Shown: positions 44,665-57,551 of the stretch, piece after piece | Layout of the letters: every line of letters starts with the position of its first letter | Position numbering within the stretch: the stretch's first letter is position 1 | DNA from: Fistulifera solaris | Lineage: Eukaryota | Assembly (NCBI GenBank): GCA_030295235.1 | Contig: AP026164.1 | Location: forward strand, 124,001-188,000 | Length of the DNA: 64,000 nt | Reading direction: 5' to 3' | Position numbers and translations under genes: made by a program | Notes under the pieces: model-generated | Told to the model about the DNA's origin: nothing | The model's database searches: none | The model's input: the letters and a program-made list of their open reading frames with translations, nothing else

Positions 44665-46293
44665 TTACGGTCCCAGCGGCAGAAAGTCGTCCAACCGATG
44701 GAAGATCGTGCCGATTCTGCATTTGGATTCAGATCCGAATCCGATACTGACAAAAACAACATCAGGAGCACCTCTACGTCCTCGTTGAAATTCGCAGACG
44801 GCAATGAAAAGAGATTGCCCAGTGCTCTTATAATCCTTCATTTCGTACACATCGCCGACGCCAAGTCCGGCAATGCTTTCTGACCCACCATCTCCCTGCG
44901 TCGTTATGATCACTTGATTTCTTTTGTTGCCCGTGCCAATATTCATACCTTTAGCGCGGTTAAATGTAACAAAGTACTCGTCACGAATGCTTATTATCAC
45001 CGCCTCGTCCGTCGACGTTTTGTCGAAGTCAACCATTGGCGCTAGTTTGATAAGCTGGTCTCCTGAGGTCAATGGATCAATCCAATGATGCCGTGTTTTA
45101 TACCACCCGAGTTCCCAGCTTTTGATCCCATTGAAGCACCTTCGTGGTTGTGTCTGACTTCTGTACCCAGCTGCCATGTAGTCAGTACTATCACCATACT
45201 TCTCGCCGTCTTGATTGGCGTGCGTTAGGCCCAAAGTGTGTCCTATTTCGTGCATGGTTGCAGACAGAGACAGACACCAGTCATCATTGAACTGTGCTCT
45301 CCAATGCCCTACACCCGCACTGGCTACCCACGGCCGTGACCCGACATTCGGTGGCAAGCACACTAAAACCTTTTCGCCGAGCTCTGACATGCTCAAAGCG
45401 CTCGTCTTCTCTAACTCGGCTTGAGCTGCCGTCGCCAAAGCAAGTCCTGAATCAAAATTTGATGCAGGTTCGTTCACGGTAACAGAAATGATTCCAGCAG
45501 GAGCCAATTGAAACTTTAGCTTTCCGAATGAACAAGTGTCGAACTGGGTCATGAAATTGACCTTCGACTCGTCAAAGAGTGTGTCTTTGACATTATCGGC
45601 CGTAAAAGTGAGTGACGAATCAATAGTTGAGACAAGAACGACAGCGATATCGACAGTTCGTCTTTCCTGTGAAGTTTCTATGTTCATTTTTGGATTCTTC
45701 ATTGTCACCAAGGAGACTGTCGCATTACCGGTCACTTCCAAAGTGCCCCTGTCAAGCACAACATCTGTGAAATTTGCGTAGAGTCCATTGCTAAGTAGCA
45801 TTTTCTTGTTCGTTGTAACCCAAGATGTGTTGAGACCTTTCACCATAATAAGATCCCCCGATTCCACTTCACCCAACATGGGAACACAACCTATTCCGTC
45901 GTGCCCTGGTTCTTCGTCTTCGGTTGGCGTGTTTATGATGGGCATGAATGCTTCATCGTATGCACCATTGTTACTACTCTTTGTTTTACTTTCGTCCTCA
46001 TGCGGTTGGAAAGTATCGAGAACGATAAGGTGACATACGATATCGGTTTGCATCGTGACTCTTGCTGATGACATGCGGCGACCACGAACCAGTCGACGCT
46101 CTTCTTGAGCAATTTCTGTCAGGGCCTGGAGTTTCTGCATCGGCGACAGGAGTTCTAAGCTTCCATCGGCAACAAGCCTTCGTTCTGCTTGAAGTGCATG
46201 CCATCCTTGACGAGAATCGGTGAGTTTGACGATTAAAGACACGACGAAAAGCGTCGTCGCCGCGGCTAGGATGTTCCTTATCTGCCGCCGCAT
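44665..46293 (-). CDS. Secreted/anchored metzincin metalloprotease, peptidase M11 (gametolysin)-like
   Basis: N-terminal hydrophobic segment, RRL motifs, CSFGKL, HEIGHTLGLTH zinc motif, YGDSTDYM Met-turn, CFNGIKSWELGW. Confidence 0.85.
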   Translation of the reverse strand: MRRQIRNILAAATTLFVVSLIVKLTDSRQGWHALQAERRLVADGSLELLSPMQKLQALTEIAQEERRLVRGRRMSSARVTMQTDIVCHLIVLDTFQPHEDESKTKSSNNGAYDEAFMPIINTPTEDEEPGHDGIGCVPMLGEVESGDLIMVKGLNTSWVTTNKKMLLSNGLYANFTDVVLDRGTLEVTGNATVSLVTMKNPKMNIETSQERRTVDIAVVLVSTIDSSLTFTADNVKDTLFDESKVNFMTQFDTCSFGKLKFQLAPAGIISVTVNEPASNFDSGLALATAAQAELEKTSALSMSELGEKVLVCLPPNVGSRPWVASAGVGHWRAQFNDDWCLSLSATMHEIGHTLGLTHANQDGEKYGDSTDYMAAGYRSQTQPRRCFNGIKSWELGWYKTRHHWIDPLTSGDQLIKLAPMVDFDKTSTDEAVIISIRDEYFVTFNRAKGMNIGTGNKRNQVIITTQGDGGSESIAGLGVGDVYEMKDYKSTGQSLFIAVCEFQRGRRGAPDVVFVSIGFGSESKCRIGTIFHRLDDFLPLGP

Positions 46294-47379
46294 CTTTGAT
46301 CCCTCTGTCGAGCAAACTGCAGAGTCCGGATTTGACAAAAATGAAGTAATGGTTGAGGATTTAACGATCAAGTGAGGTCCAGTCCGGATAACTGGCGCTT
46401 CTTTAGAGGAAAAACGTGATTTGCAAACGCCCGCCTTTTTGTTTGTATTATCGGATGGATTTTGAATTTTGACACCGAAAGAGGACTTCAGGAGAAGGAG
46501 GCACAATTGTTTAGGATGACTAATGACTTTGCCAGGTACTATAATGACCAAGGATACTCAAATACACGATACAAAATAGTTAAATTGTCATTCATTGGCG
46601 AAGCGGTTGAAAGAGTCACGAATCGAATGACTTAGGGATCTATGACTCTAGAATTTTCCGTTCCATAAGCCTAAGGTACCGGTACGGTACCTCCTACCCA
46701 TATGAGATTCCTTCTACATTATGTGATACAATTCTCGGAATGAAATGACCGCCAATATCCAATCGCCGAGTTGGGCAATCACGTTTGTTGCGTGAGCAAA
46801 ACGTCTCCCCGATTTAGCTACCGCCTTTCAGTACGAAAACTCATAATAAAATCCCTGCTATTACCGTTGCCATGAATATTATAGGATTCTGTCTACAGTA
46901 CATTTTGTAGTAGTTTTGCTGATGGCATGCCACGTGTTTGGCGCCTTTCTGTCTTTCTGTCTTCTTCGTTCTTTTTTCTTTACAGTCGCAGATTCGCGGT
47001 TCGCGTTTTACGACAATCGCTGAAATACACTGTAACAAGATGTACACGAATGACGTAAGTTTATGAATAGATAGATGAGTTTGTGTCGTTTCGGTCAACT
47101 GTACAGGAATACGGATACTCGATCAGACACACGAAAGACGTTTAGTGACGCACTTCGTCGCTGCAAAGAGGAGTTGGGCGAGCCATCAATAAAGACAGAT
47201 CTTTTTTATGGCAGTGATTTTTGATGGGTGATGGTGATGGGCCCGTTGATTATTTTGTTATCTGGTAGAGATAATTGACACGTCTCTCCACAAGAGCCAT
47301 TATCAGTTGAACGTTGGCATTCAATTTCGTTTATACGCTTGAGATCTGCTAGTACTTTATACACTCAACCACTTGTACG

Positions 47380-48228
47380 ATGAAATTAACTTTTGCCCTT
47401 TTATTGGCGGCCACGGCAGAAGCCTTTGTGGTTCAACACAAAAGCGTGTCCTCGACCCGTCTCTTTTCTGCTCCTCCTCCCCCGGGTCAAGGTTCCATCC
47501 CTCTTGCCGGAGGTCCACCGCCGATGGCTGCTTCTCCCATGAAGCCCTCAGGTGCCGTACCGGGGGAAGATGCTGCCTGGGATTTGCCTTCCATTTCCGA
47601 ACCCAACCCGATTCTTCGCATCGAAGGTGGTGGCACACGCAAAACCTACGGTTTCCGAAACGTCCAGAAGGAAGTTGTACAGCTTGCACTTTCCAGTGAA
47701 GGGCGCCCGATTCAAGCGGATATGGAGCTCTGGATTGGACCCGACTGGACACCCTTTAAGCTCAAGGCCTACAGTGAAGACGGCCTGATCCGCCCTATTC
47801 AAACATTGATCGGCACTCGTAACAAGCAAGCTACTATTGAGATCCGCAACTCGGGAGCTTACGAGTTCCCCTTCAATGCTGCCTGCCGGTACGCTGACCC
47901 TCCTCTTGCGGAAGCCCGTACGAATCTTGTTCCGTCTATGGGAAATCCGCGTTTGATCCAAGGTGGTGCCGTTTACTCGGTTCCCTTCGAACCGACGGCA
48001 GAACGAGTTCGTGTTTTGCTCCGTACGGACGGGCGTCAGCTTAACGCCAGAATTGAATTGTTGGCCGGTCCCAACAATATCAAGCAGCTATATGAAGTCT
48101 TCACCAACAACGGACAACTTAATTCATTGTATGTCGTATTTGACACTCCTGGAGCTGGCAATGTTGTCCGTATTGTCAATCAAGGGACTGTTGAGTTCCC
48201 TGCTTACGCTTATATCTCTTCTGTTTAA
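47380..48228 (+). CDS. Plastid-targeted protein of unknown function with two internal repeats
   Basis: Signal peptide AEA-F; repeats IEGG..SSEGRP..ELWIGP..EFP and IQGG..RTDGRQ..ELLAGP..EFP. Confidence 0.8.
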   Translation: MKLTFALLLAATAEAFVVQHKSVSSTRLFSAPPPPGQGSIPLAGGPPPMAASPMKPSGAVPGEDAAWDLPSISEPNPILRIEGGGTRKTYGFRNVQKEVVQLALSSEGRPIQADMELWIGPDWTPFKLKAYSEDGLIRPIQTLIGTRNKQATIEIRNSGAYEFPFNAACRYADPPLAEARTNLVPSMGNPRLIQGGAVYSVPFEPTAERVRVLLRTDGRQLNARIELLAGPNNIKQLYEVFTNNGQLNSLYVVFDTPGAGNVVRIVNQGTVEFPAYAYISSV

Positions 48229-48794
48229 CTTTGGCTGTAATAACAAATGGGGATTTCTGAAAGCACCATCTATTTAGTTTAGAAACGAACTTTCTCTTTC
48301 GTCATTTTCGATACGGAGCATAGCATGGATTTAGGATGCCAATTTTCCGATTGAATTCAAAGATGGTTGGGTTTCCCAATCCGGGGTACAAGTAAGTGTA
48401 ACAGATGCATTGTTGTGAATGTCCACGTGCATTATTATTATTATTTCATGTAGCCCAATGTGGAAAAATATATCTATAGTGGAAAACCCGGATATTATGC
48501 AATCCGCGCTATATAATGAAACTGTTTGATGACAATGATAAGGGAAGAATGCCTTTACGGAAAAGTTCTAGTACTTGTAATCGTTGAGCAATCACAACGA
48601 GTGATATCGGCGACTGAGAGATACTTGTCAAAAGAATGAGAGGATGCAGAAAGATAATCCTTTGCATTGTCGTTGGAATTTTTGTCCCCTTTGTGCATCC
48701 TCTCATTATTATTTTTTCTCGACAAATACGCTTGAGTTTCTTCGGATTGAAAACTACAATTCAGTATCCCACCGCTCCGCAATCATGTATCAGT

Positions 48795-49957
48795 ATGAAG
48801 GTTCGTGTTGCCTTAGTGGGCTTACCGAATGTCGGGAAATCAACTCTATTCAATGCACTCGCGCGACAAGCCATCGCAACTGCAGCAAACTATCCGTTTT
48901 GTACAATTGAGCCCAATATAGCGCAATTGCCGATCCCCGACCAATATTTATCGATTTTAGCGGAAATGGATCCCCAGCAACCTCGTAAACAAGTCTTTGC
49001 GACTATGGAATGGGTGGATGTGGCGGGACTTTGTCGAGGTGCATATCGTGGTGAAGGATTGGGAAACCGATTTCTCGCAACCATTCGTGATTGTCATGCC
49101 ATTTGCCATGTGGTTCGAGTATTTTTGGACAAGAACACAGTACATGTAGACGGACGAGTCGATCCAAAAGCTGATATGCAGGCCATTCATTTAGAATTAC
49201 TCATGGCAGATCTAGAGCATGTCCAACGACGTTTGGCCAGAACCACATGTCAGGGCACGGAACGACAAGCACTGGAACTAGTGCTTGTAATCCTTTAGAG
49301 AGGATTTCCCGCGCGGAAAGCCGACCTGGATTCGGACTCGTTGTTATCGATCAAATCAATGGGACTACTGACTCTGAAACCGGTATTGTACTGTTTCAAT
49401 GTCGATGAAGTTGATTTCACTCTGGCACGTACTGACGCTTTGGAGCAAATCGACAAGATTATGCAAGCACTGAAAGAAGAGGTCGATGGTTTTGATTTGA
49501 ATCATTTTGTTTTAGTGAGTGCAAAACTCGAAAGCGACTTGGCTCAAAAGAGTCTGCATGAACAAGACGCCTTTTTAGAAGAATTTGGAATCGATTGGGA
49601 CGAGACGGCGGACACGAGAAGGGGCACTGATGGTTTTAGTAGTAGTGTCCTTCCTAGGATGGTAAAGGAGCTCCTGGATCTATCAATGGTATATACTGGT
49701 CCTGGAGTCCCTCCCGAGAAATCCCTTACGACCAAGGCGCATCTGATTCGACAGGGACATATCACGGCGGATGGGTTGGCCTCTCGCCTGCACGGGGACA
49801 TTCAAAAGGTTTTATACTGGCAGAAATCATCGCGGCTCCTCAACTAATCGAATCTGGAAGTTTGAATAATGCGAGAAGTGCTGGCCTTGTACGAGGAGAA
49901 GGGCGTAACTATGTGCTTGCAGCGGATGATGTTGTTTTGATCAAGTGGAAGCCGTAA
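48795..49957 (+). CDS. ychF: YchF/OLA1-family Obg-like ATPase; 2 apparent frameshifts
   Basis: VGLPNVGKSTLFNAL, ANYPFCTIEPN, DVAGL, GEGLGNRFL, LLTLKP..NVDE, TGS-like LHGDIQKG..EGRNYV..DDVV. Confidence 0.88.
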
Positions 49958-50798
49958 GAACGTTTTGCGGAAAGTCCAACTTGCGGATGTCCATACGTAG
50001 ACGAGTAGTAGCCTGTATGTTTGATATAAGAGAACTCGATCAAGGCGCCGAAGCGGGAAGTTTTGCTGAAGGCACGGCGATTGACGAAGCGATCACAAAT
50101 ATCATTTGAGAAACCGCAGTCCATTCGCGTGGTCGGTTCATGATCAATTCTATCGAAGCATCAATCGTTGGAGAATATTCGTTGACTTCTCGTCATTTGT
50201 AATGACACTCATCCTTTTTTCTGAAAGTACTTTCCTCCTTCGTATCGTCCTTGGTAATTTGGACAGCATGCCACCTACGATAGGAAAGCGACGATCCAAA
50301 TTATATTAAGTCTAGTTTGGATACTTGAATTGAGGTACTACCAGCATCAAAGGTCTCATTGTAAAAAACAGGAGGAATTCACTTGCTATCGTATGTTAGG
50401 TTCACTGTACCAGGTATTTTTAATTTTTCTCCCGTTCGTACATGACTGGATTTCAGTCATGAGACACTTGAAGATGAGGTGTTGTTCGGTTGCTTCCGCT
50501 CGATACATATTATTAATTCGTATATGAGACTTGTAGTTATTTTCTGGAATGCACCTCTCGATTCGTTACGACTATGATTATATTTCTCGTGAAATCATCT
50601 TGGTTTCAGTATCTTGGTATTAACTATAGACCCAAACTGTTGTCTGGTTTGGCCATGACTGGTACGCATTCATGAGTCACGAACGAGTTTTTTTCATTGT
50701 TGCTGCTTGCTATACAAAAGCTCTGCCTTTTATACCTGTTATTCGTTTGCATCTTCAAACCTCGACGACGAAGAAGAAAAAGAACGACGTTGCGGTAC

Positions 50799-52155
50799 AT
50801 GACTATGATGCGAAGACAACGCTATTTCGTGTTTCTGCTGTCGTTGTTGACTTGGAAATGGCAAAATGCCGATGCTCTCTTGACTGTTCCGATGACACCA
50901 CACCTCCATAACGTAAACAATCTACAAATACATAGTCTACAAAGAATTAAAACGCGACAATCGGCGATTCTTTCTTTGGATTCTTTATCCTTTCCTCTGG
51001 TGCCTGCCAATGATGAGTGGGGCAATTGGGCTGCTTTGTGCAGCACCGCCGCTTTCTCACAAGTTGTAGGAACCAAGACCAGCGTCGGTCGACTGTTGGG
51101 TGCACCGGTGACAGCCATGGCCCTGTCGTTTGTCATGGCTTCGATCGGTATCCTTCAACCCGGTGGGACTCCGGCAGCGCGCGCTTTGCAGTTGCTCAGT
51201 TTACAAATGGCGACGCCGCTGATCTTGTTGGGCGCAGACTTGCGAGATGCGATTCAACGATGCGGGCCGCTCTTTCTTTCCTTCATGGTAGCGTCAGTTG
51301 CTACACTAGCTGCTTCTTTCGTGGGATGGAATGTGTCCAGATCCATGCTCACAGCAGCACTTGGTCGAGATGGATTAGTCATTGCGGCGGCCCTTTTGGC
51401 GAAAAACATTGGTGGTGGCATTAATTATGTTGCCGTCTGTCGTACTTTGAATGCCAACCCAACAGCTGTCGCTGCAGGATTGTGTGTCGATAACATTTTT
51501 GCTCTTATATACTTCCCGGTAACGTCTATTTTGGCCAATGGGAAGCCGGACATTGAGACAATTACCGACAAGGATTCATCACAAGCCGACCTTGCTGCTG
51601 CTTCTGCAGATGCACCGGTGACAGTTCAAAGTATTTCAAATACTCTGTGTCTTTCTGCATTGTTGTTGTGGTTGGGAGAACGCATCGGAGGACCCAGCGG
51701 AGCTCTCCCTGTATGCACACTGCTAACGGTGGCATTTGCTAGCTGGGCTCCAAGGGAAAAAGTCATGCAACCCATTCAACCTACGGCCAATTGTTTAGGA
51801 CTGGCATGCTTGTACCTTTTCTTCGCCACGGCGGGTGCACCGGGATTGGCAGTGGCAGAATCGGTCAAAGCTTCGATCCTCCCCCTTGGCTTTGTTCTTG
51901 TCCATGTTGTATGCCATACATGGTGCTATATTGCTTGCGGGATATTCGATGTTTCAACGATCTTCATCGGCTTTTGTCCCGCAGCGCTTGCTAGTCGCTT
52001 CGTCGGCCGCCATTGGCGGTCCCGCCACGGCAGTGGCGTTAGCCGAAGCCGCTGGATGGAAATCACTGGCTGTGCCAAGTATTTTGGTGGGAAATATTGG
52101 TTACGCCATCGCTACCTTCTGTGCTTTAGCATTTCATTCGTTGTTAAATCGGTGA
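50799..52155 (+). CDS. DUF819-family multi-pass membrane protein; apparent frameshift ~51890
   Basis: ATPLILLGADL, NIGGGINYVAV, DNIFALIYF, LVASSAAIGGPATA, PSILVGNIGYAIATF. Confidence 0.8.
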
Positions 52156-52405
52156 CGAAATCTTACAGAACTTTTAACGCTGTACTAATTCTCGCTGTTA
52201 GAGAGCTTGCGTTTCTTCGTTGATGACGGCATCAGTTTATTCACTTGATTAAACCGGTATTCGAAGTATTGCTTAAAGTACCGGTACCAGGTACCTTTAC
52301 GACACCACGCGACAAGCAACAAATACTACCAGTTAAAGGACGACAACTCTGACAATGAGGAGGACGAATGAATGATGCGGTTTACATGACGATATTAAGG
52401 TGCTA

Positions 52406-53172
52406 ATGAATATATTGCATCAAAGATTGACAGCAATTGCGAGAAGAGCGCCGCTGAAAGCTTGTTTTGCGGAGTCTTTCTATTCGAAAGCTCGAAAACA
52501 AGTTCTGTTCTTCTCGACGCACTCCGCCTACATTGATGAATGGTTTGCTTCTAACATCAAACATCCTTCGTTTTATGAAGTTCTAGGCAACTCTAAGCCT
52601 GTATGATGCTACTTCTACAATATTGATTTGCACGGTCGGTTATTTTTGGAAGAAACAATGCCTAAGAACATAGCTACATCGATCAAAGACGTGAAATTTC
52701 TCGATCTCTTTTTTGGTAGAATTCAAAAAACAACAGTGAAGCACCGGGAATTCATGAAACAAAACAAAATTCCTATTCATGATTATCCTTTTGTATCACC
52801 CTGCGGCAGGGAATTCAATTTCATTCGGCCAGCGGCGACTCCCATTGTATTTCATTCCCTCGATAGGGATCATCTCATTTTGCTGGAAGTCAACGACAAT
52901 CGTTTGATCCTGCCAAATTGGCTATTTCGGAACGTACAGGAAGATTGTATCATCAAATGACAAATATGTCCTTACGGGGGGATGCTACGAGCAAAGGTAC
53001 ACCTGAATACGCGTTGGTTCGATCTGCTGTTGCAGTATCGCTCTCGGATCGCATTATTCCCCGCGATGATTGTATTGCGTTTCAGGTCGAGAACAAAACT
53101 TTGCCAATTCAATGGCTACGTGTGAGTTGCGAGCCTGGCGATTGGTCAATGCCTGGTTCACTCGACGAATGA
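52406..53172 (+). CDS. UPF0598/C8orf82 (DUF4505)-like protein; in-frame TGA at 52604 and a frameshift ~52880
   Basis: YFYNIDLHGRLFLEE..KNIATSIKDVKFLDLFF, YPFVSPCGREFNFIR..PIVF, TGRLYH; mitochondrial-like N-terminus. Confidence 0.75.
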
Positions 53173-53631
53173 AGCACAAATATGATTATTTCGTAGCGTC
53201 AACAAACAAAGCAATTTGAATTCGTATGACACTTCGAAGCGGTGCATGCAATCCGAATCGGCGACGGCCTTTAGTGACAAGGCTTTACGGTAGACTGCAA
53301 TCTTTTTCTCAAGTTGCATATCTAGGTATGTCATTATTTAGGTTTGGGACTCCTTGGGACAATGGGTTGCTACCTCTGCTGGTTGTCTCCTTCCATGAAC
53401 TCACTCCATAATACCATCAGCTACGGATTCATTATAAACAAATCGGAGGGAAGATTCAACCTGAGGTGAAACTGTCAGAACTTTTTCTTCAAATGGAGGT
53501 ATCGCTTCTTTTAGATTCCTTGACACTGTTTCCCAAACAGTTCGACTAAAAAGCCCCGTGGTGTCCGCTTGGTCCAGTTTGTGATATTGATTCTTTTGAG
53601 CTCTTATACAGGCCCCTTGTCGCTTTGGGCT

Positions 53632-54291
53632 TTACGGGAAAGGGAATGGTCGATAGTGCTCCTCTGTGCGAAGCTTCGCCACTTTCTGTTTTCGAATTTT
53701 GACGACTGAGCTAATTGCAGGGACTGGTCTATTTCGGCTTTCTAACCCTTTTTGGAGCAAGTCGCGACGCTCATTGACGCCCATTTCTCGGTACATTTGA
53801 GGAAACTTTTCGGAGAACTTGATCATTGCGATGAATCTTTCCAAACTCGAACTTTCGCTGCTATCGGCTGCTTCGTCGTAAGTGCTGAATTCGAAGTCTG
53901 TTAGCGCATTCCCTGGGTCTCTCTTGAATTCTTCGAACAGATCTAATACGAAGAGGTTCATCTCCTCCATATCAGGGATACTATTTAACCAGTTGTCGTG
54001 TTCTTGACCGTCTTCAGTGGAAGAGCGCACCTCCGCGTTTTCTATCACTTCGTCTTCCATGCAGCGATTAGGTGCAAGGTGTATTACAGCCGTATCCTTG
54101 CAACCGAGAAAAATTCGTGCCGCGCTCTTGGCTTTGAATGGTGTATCATGCCCGTTAAATTCCGGATCTGGTCTTAGTATCGAGAGTGATGATTTTCTCT
54201 CTAATTTTTCGTTAGCCAATAAAAACAAGCCTGTTTCTACAGCACCTGCTTTCGTTATCCAAAGCGTTGTGAATTCGACACGGCGGCACAA
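53632..54291 (-). pseudogene. Hypothetical or degraded coding sequence
   Basis: 219-aa open frame whose upstream ATG is cut off by a stop; flanking minus-strand frames (about 53220-53630) look protein-like but contain in-frame stops; no family recognised. Confidence 0.3.
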
Positions 54292-54554
54292 ATTTTTTTA
54301 AACTATAGCTGTTCTCATCGGATTTTTTCATTGGCCAATGACCTTCGATGATTCCGCTTTCACGCTTGCTGACAGTAGGCATGAGATTTCTTCCTCACTG
54401 TCGTCGAGCCTTCGAGTCACGTTTGAGACAACAACCATACAGAACAGAGGGCGTGTCCATAGTAGTAGTAATCAATTAAAAAAATTTATATAAATATAGT
54501 TTAGACATTTATGTTGTCACGGCAAAATACCAAAAGCACGCTGCATCTGTCTTT

Positions 54555-56738
54555 CTATGCTACTTTCTCCTCAACTTCCACCTCGGCCGGCTTATCGCCG
54601 TACAATCGACCGATAATATCGGCATAGGTCGTGATCACCTTGTGACGGCGGATACTCATCTTGGGTGTCAACATACCGTTCGCGGCGGTGAAAGGCGCTA
54701 CAAATGCCCACTTCTGCGGAACTTCAAACTTCTTCATGCGGCTGCAGTTGCTCTCGATAGCGTGGTCAATCAATTCCTTAACACGAGGATCATTAGCCAG
54801 TTCTTCCTCCGAAACGCTATCATCAACGCCAACAGCAGTTCGGATTGCCGTCCACTCCGGGACCAAGAGCGCCACGTTGTACGGACGATTTGCTCCCGTC
54901 AACACTACTTGGCTGATAAAACGGCTCAAGCCAATGGCTTCTTCAATAGGCGTTGGTACAACGTATTTTCCGTTTTCTAGCTTGTACTGTTCCTTTACAC
55001 GCCCAGTTACTTTAATGAAGCCGTTAGCGTCTTTTTGTCCAAGATCTCCGGTATGAAACATGCGTGCTGTACCATCCGGCGCGGACGTAATAACTTCCGC
55101 CGTTGCCTCTGGATTCTTGTAATAACCTTGCATTACATTGGAGCCGGTGCAACAAATTTCCCCATCCTGCCCGTCGGTAACCTCGTTGCCGTTCTCGTCG
55201 ACAATATATACCTTTGTGTCTCCAACGGGCAAACCAACTGTACCGACAACGCGTTTGTAAGGAGTGTTTCGGGCAATGATAGGACTGCGTGAATCAACAA
55301 AGGTGAGAAAAAGGGAAGCACGATCAAGTCCAACAACTGCTTTACTTACCTAGTTTCAGTAAGACCGTAACCTTCGCAAACAGGAATGCCAATATTGTCC
55401 ATAAAATCGATGACTTCCGTAGGACACGCTGCACCTGCTACGTAACCGTGTCTCATGTTTCCACCGAATCTATCACGAATCTTGCTAAGCACCAACGAGT
55501 CGAGAGCCTTGTATCTAAGCTTTTCGAATGGTCCCAAAGGAGGTTCTACACCCAACTTGGCATTTACATTGCGCCGACCCATAGCCAAAGCGGATTTCAT
55601 GAGATTCTTGCGCAGCGGGCTGGCCGTTTCCATCGTGTTGTTGACACCGTCGTAAATCCTTTTGTAAAGAGTGGGTACAGCAAACAATGTCGTCGGCTTT
55701 ACCATTTGTAAATCTTCCAATATTTTCGGAATTCCTCGTGCAATTCCGAGTGCCACACCGTGCGATACGGCAGCCCAGAGTTCACAGGTTTGTCCGTACG
55801 AATGTGCCCAGGGCAGAAAGGCCAAGCTGATATCATTCTCACGAATTAAATCATGTGGATCATCTACACCCGAGCGTGCTCCCGCTTTAACATTAGTAGC
55901 AAAGTTGCGATGCGACAGTTCGACACCTTTTGGTTTTCCGGTGGTTCCGCTGGTGTAAATAAGACCCGCCAAGTCATCCGGTGTGGGAGCGTTGATAAAG
56001 AGACCTTCTGAATCCGGGGCCACAAGAGAAAGGGCGGTCGAAAATGCTTGTTGTTCACCCATTTCGGAGTTAAAACAAAAGCTCTCGCGGACCAAAGGGG
56101 TATTACGGAGAACTTGCGTTCGTACTTGGAGGTAAATGTCTTCGGTAGCGCAGAAGACAACTTTCGCACCCGAATCATTGAGGATATAGGTCCAATCGGA
56201 TGCCAACTGCGCTTCGTACATAGGTACCATATTTGCGTTCAAACTGAAACAAGCAGCGGCAACAGCAGCCCATTCCCAGCGGTTGTTGGAAATGACACCG
56301 ACCTTGTCATGTTCTCCGATGCCTGGCAAGAAAGTGCGACGCATAGAAACTCAGTTACCTGGTATCCTGACGCAGAAACGAACGAGGTCCAGTGCAGTGT
56401 TGGGTCTTGTACTTACCGAGATCTTTCAAAAGAGCACGCACATGATCTACTTGCTGACCAAACTCTCCAAAGGACATGAACTCAAACTGATTTGATGTTT
56501 CCGAGTACGTTCCGAACAGCCTCTTGGGCGCAAATACCTGACAAGCTCTCACTTGCATTTCATGAAGAGTATCAAAATTAAGCAAACGATTTTCGTCGAG
56601 AATTCCCGCTGCCTGAAACTCCTTTTCACGGTCCGTAGCCAACGTACGCGTCGTCGTAATCGACAAAGGAGCCGTCTTACGAAACTCCCTCGAGAAACGG
56701 CGGCTGGCGCCTCGAAGCAAAGCAACGGAACTAGACAT
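54555..56738 (-). CDS. Long-chain acyl-CoA synthetase, mitochondrial-type presequence; introns 56323-56416 and 55285-55349
   Basis: IYTSGTTGKPKGV, FLPWAHSYG, GYGLTE(T|S), FHTGDLG, GRVKEQYKLENGKYV, NGMLTPKM; both introns restore the frame. Confidence 0.95.
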
Positions 56739-57551
56739 TGTTCTTACGGCTGGTAACTTTGAATGATACTTGAATATGACTTGATGAAACGAAGGTATCT
56801 CCTGAATACCAGGTATGATTTCTTCGCTTGCTTGATGGTGATGGAAGTATGTTTCGATGGCTGCAATCTGCAAAATCCATCTTCGGGAGGAAAAAAGAGA
56901 AAAAGAGTTGTCAAGGATTTCGTGCTGTTCTGAATCGCGCTTGATATCAATCCTGCATGAAACACGCGGCTTTGACACTTGGCACAAAGATTTAGATAGT
57001 ACAATCCGACATCTGCCGAACAATGAAGCGTCTGTTCTTTGTTCTCCGGTGTTGAACGTATGGGACGATGACACCATTGGTCGGAAAGACATTCTATGTA
57101 TCCAGCAATATGTGCCACAGTCGTGCAGAAAGAACGTGACGCTTCGTTCTTCCTCTTTTTAACAGGACTCATTTCATTCACGATCCATTCAACATAAAAA
57201 TATGTTGTATGTTGTTGCAACCAAAAGACGTAGAGCCAAGTATGTCTAGCATAATGCAGCTGAAAGAATGCAAACTCACTCAAGTTAATTCTGATTGATG
57301 TTGTTGATTTTTTGGGAGTGATTTACGTTAACAGCGTTGCAAAAAATAAAACAGATGTTTGCTATCTCCTGATGAAAACTGACGACTGACGACCCACGCA
57401 AGAAATCAGAAGAACCGAGTCACGTGTCACGTCCATACTTTTCGCTCGTCCTGTCGGACAGACGCTCACTTCTATGCCATCCGATCTGATGATCCGATCG
57501 TTTTCTTCATTTCTTATTTTTTCTCTTTATTTTGGTATTTCTTCAATAACC

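Noticed and set aside
56360..56367. Possible 8-nt micro-exon (AG|gataccag|GT) in acyl-CoA synthetase intron 1
   Set aside because: Inclusion would break the frame, and the single 94-bp intron already joins the exons correctly; the site is one of the TACCWGGTA motifs.
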